From Ancylonema sp. (taxonomy: Eukaryota): a stretch of DNA of 61,748 nt. The notes beneath the pieces were generated by a model. The model worked only from the letters and a program-made list of their open reading frames with translations, made no database searches and was not told where the DNA came from. The first letter of the stretch is position 1, and every line of letters begins with the position of its first letter. The DNA lies in the NCBI GenBank assembly GCA_050230475.1, contig JBFLGF010000013.1:62001-123748 (forward strand), given 5' to 3'. Positions 52,998-61,748 of this stretch are shown in pieces. A program made the position numbers and the translations under genes.

Positions 52998-54165
52998 TTG
53001 CGGTCGTTGGATTTTAGCCTAAATTGTCAATCGGTGTATATTCTATGATGCTTTCTGCCACATCGTGTTGTAATTTGAAGCTAAACTGAAATGGTCGAAC
53101 ATTGTATGGTTCGAGAATGCGCTGAAAATTTCTGACATGTCAGACAAATGACATTATGACAAATACGTACCTCTACCCAAGTACCTACTATGATTCCACT
53201 CACGAAATTTGCAATGTGTACTAACTTCAATTACAATTGGCACAATAAAAGTCTGCACAAGCCTTTGACCTCAGTTAACAGAAGGAGGTTGCTCAAGCTT
53301 CATGTTGACCGTAGCAACCTCCCTTCCTGTGTTCCTCAATCAGCCAATGACGAACAAAAACTCCAGCCCCAATCGACTGCGTGACTGTATGAGCCTCTAA
53401 ATATCGCCTTGTCCCCTTCACATCATTAATTTGGGTCTTGACTCCCAAAAGACAGACAAATCTCGAACATTTTTCCCATGTATCTGCCGACGCATGAACC
53501 CAGAACCTTCCTTTGCTCCTCAAACTGCCAAAAAAAAAAAAACTTACATCAGCTCCTCACATCCCATCCCATCCCATCCCATCCCACCCCCTACCAAACC
53601 AAAACCAAAACCATCACCTGGAAACCAAAACCTTCATCCTCTCTCAAACACTTCTCCCACACCCAACAAAACCACCCTCCGCCACCTTCCACGAAACTTC
53701 CCTCCACCCCCTCCCAACAATTTTCTGCCACTTCTCACACTGTTGTCCTTTCGGTCAAAGCTGCCACGTCACGTATCCTGTGGGCCCCACCCACCAGTTA
53801 GGTGTGACGTGCAGTCCGGTCACGACCCCCTCGTCTCTCCACACCCCTCCTTTGCAACCTCACATTCTCAAAACAAAGTGCTCCTCCTAGAAGGGGGATG
53901 GGGGGGCGCGGGGGGGGGGCGCATTAGCATTTGCTCTCTCCCATGTCAGTTGGGCATCCATAACTGACTGCCTCGATTGGACCTTGTGGTCGAGTCCGGA
54001 TGTGGATCCCGAATCGATTTCGGAAGAAAAAGGTCGATTCCAAAATTTCGAATCTGATTTCAAATTCGAGTTCGCATTCGAGCATGAAGTCGCGCTCGAG
54101 TGTGAATGCGAATATAAATCCGACAGTCCAGGAGATCAGAGATTGGAGATTGAAGATTGGAGTTT

Positions 54166-57100
54166 TCAGCCCCCTGCCTCCTGCTTGGCGAGGTCGTTTC
54201 GGAGGTTTTTGAGGGCCTGGAAGGTGGAGGGGTCGAGTCCATGCTCCAAATGCATGCCAGCTGTCGAGTACTTGCTGCACCGCACACCCCCCCACTGCTC
54301 ACCCACCCCTTCCTCCTCCTCGTTCCACCCATCCCTTGGCGTAAACAAAGGCTATCATGGTATGCGGTGCCCCTCCCCCTCACTCTTACCATGGCTCGAC
54401 TTCTTTGATCGCATCCTGAAGCTCCTTCTTCACCTCCTTCAGCTGTCCCCCCCCATCCCCCATCCCCCATCCCCCATCCTATGAACACAGATGCACCTAG
54501 AGAGAATGAGGAATTCTTTCCCCCTTACACGATGCAATCAAACCCCCCCCTTCCTCCCTCACCTCTTCCACAAGATGTTTACAGCTCCACACATACGCAC
54601 CCTGCATTACCCCCCCCCCCCTGCCGCCTAAAACACACGCAGGAACGCCTCTAATGTAATGAATACAACCCAGACCGCAACTGCATAGAGTCACATACAG
54701 AAGGAGTTCAGCTCGACCCTCTGCAAGCATGCTGCTGGGATGGGCGACCAAGCGCTGTGGGGATGGGGGTACCGATCCTGCAGCGGTGTCCTGCTGAGCT
54801 CTGTCTGAAGTCGCCACCCCCACTCGAGCGCACCCCTCCTCCTTCAAAACTCTCACCTGCGCCGACACGACCACATCCTTACGCGCACACTTATGACGTA
54901 GTGTATTCAACAACTCCAAGTTTTATCAGAAGTGAATGAGCTGGCTCACTCGGAGAGTACCTCCCCCTCTTGTCCATCACTGATTGGTGTGTGTGTATCT
55001 GGGGATGCAATTCGACGCCAGGTGTACCCACCCACTCATCGTAGTACTTCAGGGATTAGGGTTTTGAGGTCCTCAGGTTTAAGGGTTTAGGGTTTAGGCT
55101 TAGGTCTCTTCACCTCTCTTTCGATCCACGTGTCAGCGTCCGTTTGGGTGAAGATCACGTCCACACTGCGCCAAAAAAGGGACGTCAAACTCCACTCCCC
55201 CCCCTGGCAATAACACCACAAAAATCCTGCCACTGCCAGGGAATCTGATTTCTGCCACAGACTCCGATTTCTGCCACAGACTCCGATTTCTGCCACAGAC
55301 TCCGGTTTCTGCCACAGACTCCGATTTCTGCCACGGACTCCGATTTCGGCCACAACTCTGCTTTCTGCCACGGACTCCGATTTGTGCCACAGATTCTGGT
55401 TTCTGCCACAGTTGACCATTTCACAGTGGTCCTGTGCCCACATGCTCCCCCCACTCCCTGCTACATTCGTACTGTTTGTGCCTGATTGCCCTCTTTCTGC
55501 CCCAAAATACCCTCATACCCATCCTCGTCAGGCAGGTTGATAGCCCAACAACTATCAATCACTGTAACCCCGCCCCCCACCCCTATGCAAACCACCCAGC
55601 CCTTGTGGGCTCAACACCATAATCACCCTTATCCGTTTTCCAGCTCAGAAAACACCCCATCCCGCCCCTCCTCCACCCTCTAGGGCATTGACTCGGCATT
55701 GACCAATCATTATTTTATCGCCAGATTGGTTCCCCTGCCCACCCATGCTCTTCTCCACCCCCACCTGCCTACTCCCTCAGCCCCAGCCCCATCCCCTTAA
55801 CCCCCCCTCCTCATAGCTCTCTGCCACCCTCCACCCCTCTAATCGAATGTAGCCCCCCTCCTGCCAATTGCACCCCCCCCCTCTTTCCCACCCCCCATCC
55901 CACACCCTGTTTGTTTTCGCGGAGCATGGTGGTGTGCAGTGAGGCTCACTCGTGGAAGGTCTCTCTGGTGGTCGTCGCCTTGCCCGACTGGATGGCATCG
56001 AAAGCAACCACCACCTTCACACCTGGAGATAACACCAATCGTACCCCTACCACTCAGACCCAACCCCACCTCACTCACATGTACACTCTCTCCCTCTCTC
56101 CCACTCTCCCCCTCTCCCCCTCTCCCCCTCTCCCCCTCTCCCCCTCTCCCCCTCTCCCCCTCTCTCCCTCTCTCCCTCTCCCTCTCCCTCTCCCTCTCCC
56201 TCTCCCTCTCCCTCTCCCTCTCCCTCTCTCTCTCTCTCTTCTCTCCCTCTTCCTCAACTTGTCAGTGTCTGTCCTGTCCAGCACCCCCCACCTCGCATCC
56301 CACTGAAGGTGAGCATGTCCTCCAGCAGCCGCCCCCGTGCCATCTCCAGCTCCCCCCGCGCAAAGAGCTTCTTCAGCTTTGGCCAGTAGCCGCACATGTT
56401 GTACCCGTCCACCAGCATAACCGGGCGGACAGAGGAGAAACCCAGGTCCGCATCGCTGGCACTGCACACACGGTTACGGTTACAGGTATGGTTACAGGTA
56501 CAGTTAGCATTAGCGTTAGGGTTGCGGTTACAATTGTGGTTATGGTTGCAGGTACGGTGGCCAGGACAGATGCGGTTTACAATGTCAGTGACAGTACTTG
56601 AAAGGGATTGTTATGATCGCAATCATCGATCCGGTTGCAGTCGAGTTCACCGCTACGGGTGTGTTCAGAGACACGATCAATTTACTACTTAACATTCCGG
56701 TTGTCGGTGCATTTGGCATCTCCTCATGGTGCAAGGGGTTGGCTTAAGTCAGTGAGTGGACTAGAGATTGTGGGACTCGGATTGGCCAAAAGCTGACCAG
56801 GTGCAGTGTATGTGGCCCATCCCTTATACTCTAGGCAAAGTGTGATACAAATAGAGGTGTGAAAATACATGTCACTGGTCATCCCATACCTGGGCCACTC
56901 TGATAGCCTTATATCAATCCTCCTGTGTAATACACTGAGTGTTATGCCAGCCCAGTGTTCATCCAATTCGGGACTAGAGATATACGTACATATTTTGAAT
57001 ATTTTCCGGCTCATCCATTCTTCCAATCCGCTGTCCAGTCATTAAAACCCCTCTTACCAAATAGCAGGCGATTACGGGCGACATTTGTGACAAGCCATTC

Positions 57101-58157
57101 ACCAAACCCATATTTCATCAAGTACGTGATCCATAATCCATTCGTATGCATTTGGCGTAAGGAGCATAAGGGAGCGATGAACTGACTAGAACTCCATGTC
57201 TGCCGTGCACTCCCGACTGTTGGGGCCGCACCCCCCTCTCTCCTCCTTGTCCTCTTTTTTCTTCCGGTAGCTCGTGGCCACTGCCGCCCCTCGGGAGCGA
57301 GCGACTTGCATATCCTGGAGAGGATGACGTGGCACATAAGGCGTGGGTCCCACTGTGATGAACACTGTATGTATCATGTGGCATGAAGCATTTCGCATAT
57401 GGAGCGCATCTTGATTTCAATGCGATACTCTTCTCAATGCGGTGTTGCGTTGTATTCCTTCAGCTACCCTCCCTTGGACCAGCTGTGGCCATGCGAACGG
57501 AGGAGTCACCTTGTACATTTTTAGGTATCGCATATTCTGAGTCAGGTTGTCGGTTATCCGAGGGGCCTCCACCTGATGGGACGAGGAAGAAGGTCAGCTG
57601 AAACCGTACTTTGTCTCCAAGCTTTGACAGAAAGCTTTCTTTGTTTCTCTGAGAGATGAATCGTGGACAATGCCTGATGCTCTTAACACTCTCAATGAAT
57701 GTTGAATCATGTAATTGGTTGATTAGGGTTCGATCCGCGGCGCCATAGAAAACATTCCAAATTAACAGATCGTTCTTGCCCCTATGCTTTCGCTGCGTCA
57801 GTCCTACATTGGCCGTCCAATTAGAGCCTAGAGAAGGTCATACTGCATGTATCATACCTGCCGTTTAGGAGCTGGTTGAGGTGAAGGTACGTTCTCATCC
57901 GATGGCGGACTCTTAGATTTGCCCCTACTTTTTGAGCTGGACGCTCGAAGTACACACGGACTCCATACACGGCCACTGCGATTCGTGCAACTTTGCCCCG
58001 ATAGCGCACACTTTCGGTCTTCATAAAAGAGAATACGGAATGTCTTCACACGCCTGGTATTGTACGGAGACGGAGTAGAAGTCTGGTGTGGACCGGGATA
58101 CGAAACGTGCATCATGCAAGATGTTCGAAGCTTCAGCGAGGGACCCTTTACATACAT
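54166..58157 (-). CDS. YacP/Rae1-like NYN-domain ribonuclease with probable plastid transit peptide, multi-exon; start uncertain (frame open to 58388)
   Basis: APRITDNLTQNMRYLKMYK, ATSYRKKK, PVMLVDGYNMCGYWPKLKKLF, VKVVVAFDA, ADTWIERE, VATSDRAQQ, GAYVWSCKHL and LDPSTFQALKNLR match plant YacP-like NYN proteins. The N-terminus is S/R-rich. Confidence 0.88.
55245..55412. repeat. 19-bp (GATTTCTGCCACAGACTCC)n minisatellite in NYN intron
   Basis: About 8 copies, degenerating at the 3' end. Confidence 0.9.
56088..56252. repeat. CT-rich (CTCCCC/CTCCCT)n tract in NYN intron
   Basis: Direct inspection. Confidence 0.9.
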
Positions 58158-58809
58158 AGTATTCCGTGGGGACAAAGTTTGATGAATCAAACTACAGCGA
58201 GTGCCATCTAACGTTCCCACAGGACGGAAGCTTTTCACATACGATGGATACAAGCGTTGCCTGCGACCACCTGCGACCACGTCATGGCGGCATTGTGGAG
58301 GCCAGTGTCGCAGCTCATCAAGCAGCTCAGCTCGGCAACTCCAACGCGCCGCATAGGTAGACCGTCTACGTGGCAGAATCCGAAGCACCAGTTCCGTCTG
58401 GCGCTAATATTCCAGTTCCGTCTGTCGAAATGTAGATCGTCTCGCCATTCGCCAATGCAATCTGTCAGGCGGTCAGTTGCAGCTGATGAGCTGAGTTGGC
58501 ATTCTGGACTGCTTTTCTTCCGACCAATTACACCACGACAGCACTTCTTCCTGAGTTTTGCCAGCCATTGGAACGGGCACACGCGCCAAGCTCTTTATGG
58601 AAGCCCTGATACCTTGCACACTTTCCGTCAAAGGGCCGCTTGCTCCACTTCCACCGCGTCTAATCTTGCAATCGAACTTTCGTCCGTCTTTGTCTCTGCC
58701 AGGCTCTGCCCACCCTACTATACTTCCCAGTCGCCTAGACAAGAAAGTCAGGAAAAGGAATTTGTCAAGGAGAAGCACTCCGTCTATTGTCTCTGCGCCT
58801 GTTGCGACC

Positions 58810-60342
58810 ATGGAGACTTTGCCTAAAGACTTCGGCTTCGTACTCCTTACCGTTGTTGGAACGACAGCACTGACTTTGTGGCAGGGCATCATGGTACGGC
58901 TAGAATCACAGCCTAATATGAATGGTCCTTTCGATTGAGAACCGTTTCTAATTTTTCTACCTTCGTGCGATACTACTCGGATTGTTCTTCTGCTCTGCCA
59001 TCGGAGGCCCTGAGGTGGTGACCGTCACTGAATCCGTGTTATGGATTGCGCAGGTCAGCAGGCAGAGGGCGAAGTCAGGCATCCCGTATCCCAAGGTATG
59101 CCTTATTCCCCAGTTGCGTCATCGTACACAACTGTGATCAACACCCTGGAATTTCAGCCTTCCGCTCGACTTGCAAGTCCTTTCGTCCCACAAACAGGAT
59201 GAGAAAAGCTTACTTCCTCCTCTGCCTGCAAAAACAAATTGATTGGCCTCCAGCCTCCTTCTCTCAGCTCTTTTGTTCTTTTCTCAGATGTACGAGGATG
59301 CGGAGCCTTCAATTTTCAATTGCTACCAGCGGGCACATCAGAACACTCTTGAGAGCTATCCTGCTGTTCTCGGCTGCCTCATCGCTGGCGGGCTGAAGTA
59401 CCCCATTGTTGCATCTTCGTAAGAATCCCCACTCTCTTGCCTGCACACCCAAGCAGTTCACTTCAGCAAGCCTCCACTTCACTCAATGTCTGAAGGCACC
59501 TTTGCGCAACTGCCTCCCTACTGCTGCTGCTTCTTGCGAAGATATCATCACTGTGTAAAGCTATAGCTTGGTCGTTATGACTATGTGTCCAGTAAGAAGC
59601 AGTACTCCGAAAAGTACTGCTTCTTACCCGCAACGATTGAACTCAATGTCAGAATACACAAGAGCGTTCAAAAGAATCTGAATCTCCAATAATTTTAGAT
59701 ATCTACATGCTGCATCTGCAGTGTTGGCATGAGTGCAGTCCAAGAAACAATATTAATATAGCTTTTAGCTATTTTATCTCTCCTCAGTCAGATTACGTTG
59801 ATCTCCCATCTCTCTCACCTTTCCCCCATACCTTTGAACAACACTTCCTTCAAGTGTAGAGGGTATGTACAGATTCGGAGCTGGACCTTTCCCAGGATAA
59901 CACCATCACACATCATACATCTGCTCCCATCTCTTTTGTCACTGCAGATTAGGGACCTTGTGGGTGGCTGGGCGTATCGTCTACTCTCTTGGGTAAGGAG
60001 GGAAAGAAGTGAGATATAAGATTGTAGGGTGAGCAAAATGGTTGGTACAAAAGAAAACTCCAATATCCTATGCTTTTGATTGGCGTCCTCCTATCCTCTC
60101 CCTCCCTAAGATCCTATAGTCCCTGCTTCGCACCTCAGGTGCCTGCCCAGAGGACCATGGGGAACTGGAGGAATGCAGTCCCAGTTCTCTGCCAGGCTGT
60201 ACTGATGTCTGTATCGTGGCCTTGTTGCAGCTACTACACGGGAGAGCCTAAGAATAGGCTCCGTGGTGTGTGGCACTATTTCGGCCAGTTTGGGTTGATG
60301 ATCACCACAGCGGTGGCTGCTGTGAATCTGCTCATCAACTGA
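58810..60342 (+). CDS. MGST3: Microsomal glutathione S-transferase 3 (MAPEG family), 5 exons
   Basis: METLPKDFGFVLL...[67 protein letters not shown]. FNCxQRAHQNxLE is the MAPEG signature. Confidence 0.93.
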
Positions 60343-61748
60343 GGAAACGGTCCTTGTTTGCGCTGAATAAGGAATAAGGAAATAAGGAGTCCTTCATTGT
60401 GGCATCCTTTGTTCCCTTTTCTCTTGTGTTAACAATTGATTGTCTAATTCAGCACAAAACGTGATAGCCTGACTAGTTGCAGTCTGGAGGGTGTTTTTGG
60501 CATATCTGCTCGTGGGATATTTCAAGTTCTTTCCTGAAATTGAACGCAAGGTTCACACTTACTCATTGAAGTGTGATCTGGTTGCAACTGGCATATTGAA
60601 ACGCAAATCTCGGGGTCTTATCAAGACCTGGTCAGACCTGGTCTTTATTTTGAGCACTTACTGTCAAGGAGTACATTTGCCACTGAATCAAAATCTCTGG
60701 AATATCTGAAATGGAGAATGCACTGATGTATTCTGTCAGATGACCAATCGTGTTGCGTGGCACTGAAACTCCCATATGATTGAGTGCAACTGCATGATTT
60801 TTATGTGAAATGATAATTTCATTGGTAGTGATACATTCCAATGTTGTGGGTCCATGGAGGTGACACTAGAGTCACAAATTCGGAGATTGTATGAATCACT
60901 AAAATTCGTGGCTTGTATCGTACCACTCCCCTTTTCTTACTCCTGCCACGTGCTCCATTGTGCATTTGACACACATGACATAATGCAACAGCCCTCCACA
61001 TCTCCCCCTATTCCATCTGCGGCCTCAAGTTCGACTGGGTATTAAACCAAAACTCGATACATGCACAGTGCCCACACACCTCTACTATAATATGCAGCTC
61101 CATTCGTTCCTAGCTTTTTCAGATCCGCCCTGATTGCAAGGATAATTAGGCACCACAGCATTGCAAGCTGCCAGATCCCCAGAAAGCGGTTGTCGTACCT
61201 GCGGTATAAGTACAAGGCATACTGGTGTGAATCAGGTACATCACAGTCACTCAATGCGAAATAAGTTGGGACATGAGACCATAATGCCTCTCCCATTTTC
61301 TGCTGAAATACACTGTGCCTTTGGTCAGTGCCTCCTGGTTCTGCCACTTACACTCATGAAAACACTAAAGAACCTTTGCGATCTGAAATTGAAAGCCAAT
61401 CAGCAGCTGCCAATTTTCGTACCCAAAAGAGAAAATGACAAGCGTCACCACCCACAGCATGTCAAAACTGCACCCTCTCAGCCACCCCCGAGCACCACTC
61501 ATTATTTTAAACGAGGTCAGCGTCCATAGCATGAGAGGAGTATGCCGTTTGCATCAACACCACATCAATGTTGGATGAAAAGACGACACTCGCAAGGTAG
61601 CTATGGATGAAGTGAAATGCAATGCAGAAGATACTTTGTAATCCCTTTTCTGCTACGACACAAACCAGTGAATAAGTTTGGTACTTTTATACACATGCAT
61701 ATAATCTGGGAAAGAGCACAATGACAGTAGAACATTGTGCATTGTGCA

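Noticed and set aside
61042..61748. Possible terminal exons of a minus-strand gene entering from the right edge
   Set aside because: Plausible splice sites exist, but no recognisable protein motif and the frame is ambiguous.

Overview
Eukaryotic, intron-rich, gene-dense genomic DNA from the green-plant lineage. The plant-type O-fucosyltransferase, TH2-like HAD and plastid-type YacP/NYN genes suggest a streptophyte alga or early-diverging plant (inference). The left third (1-24.5 kb) is a decayed tandem array of an NMNAT(+)/enoyl-CoA hydratase(-) unit. It is interrupted by three members of one TGT...ACA-terminated element family; the 7.3-kb member has a 4-bp TSD proven by an empty paralogous site, no LTR pair, and links to a Ty3/gypsy pol relic. 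A 3.3-kb non-autonomous PIF/Harbinger element with perfect 26-bp TIRs also lies here. The right two thirds hold two tandem TH2-like HAD phosphatase copies with reciprocal lesions, then O-fucosyltransferase(-), NSE3/MAGE(+), NAA20(-, apparent TG splice acceptor), an AAA_33/PNK-like kinase(+), a YacP-like NYN nuclease(-) and MGST3(+). Four near-identical 1-2.8 kb duplications, three at single-N joins, look like assembly artefacts. Exon structures were read by eye; no database searches were run.
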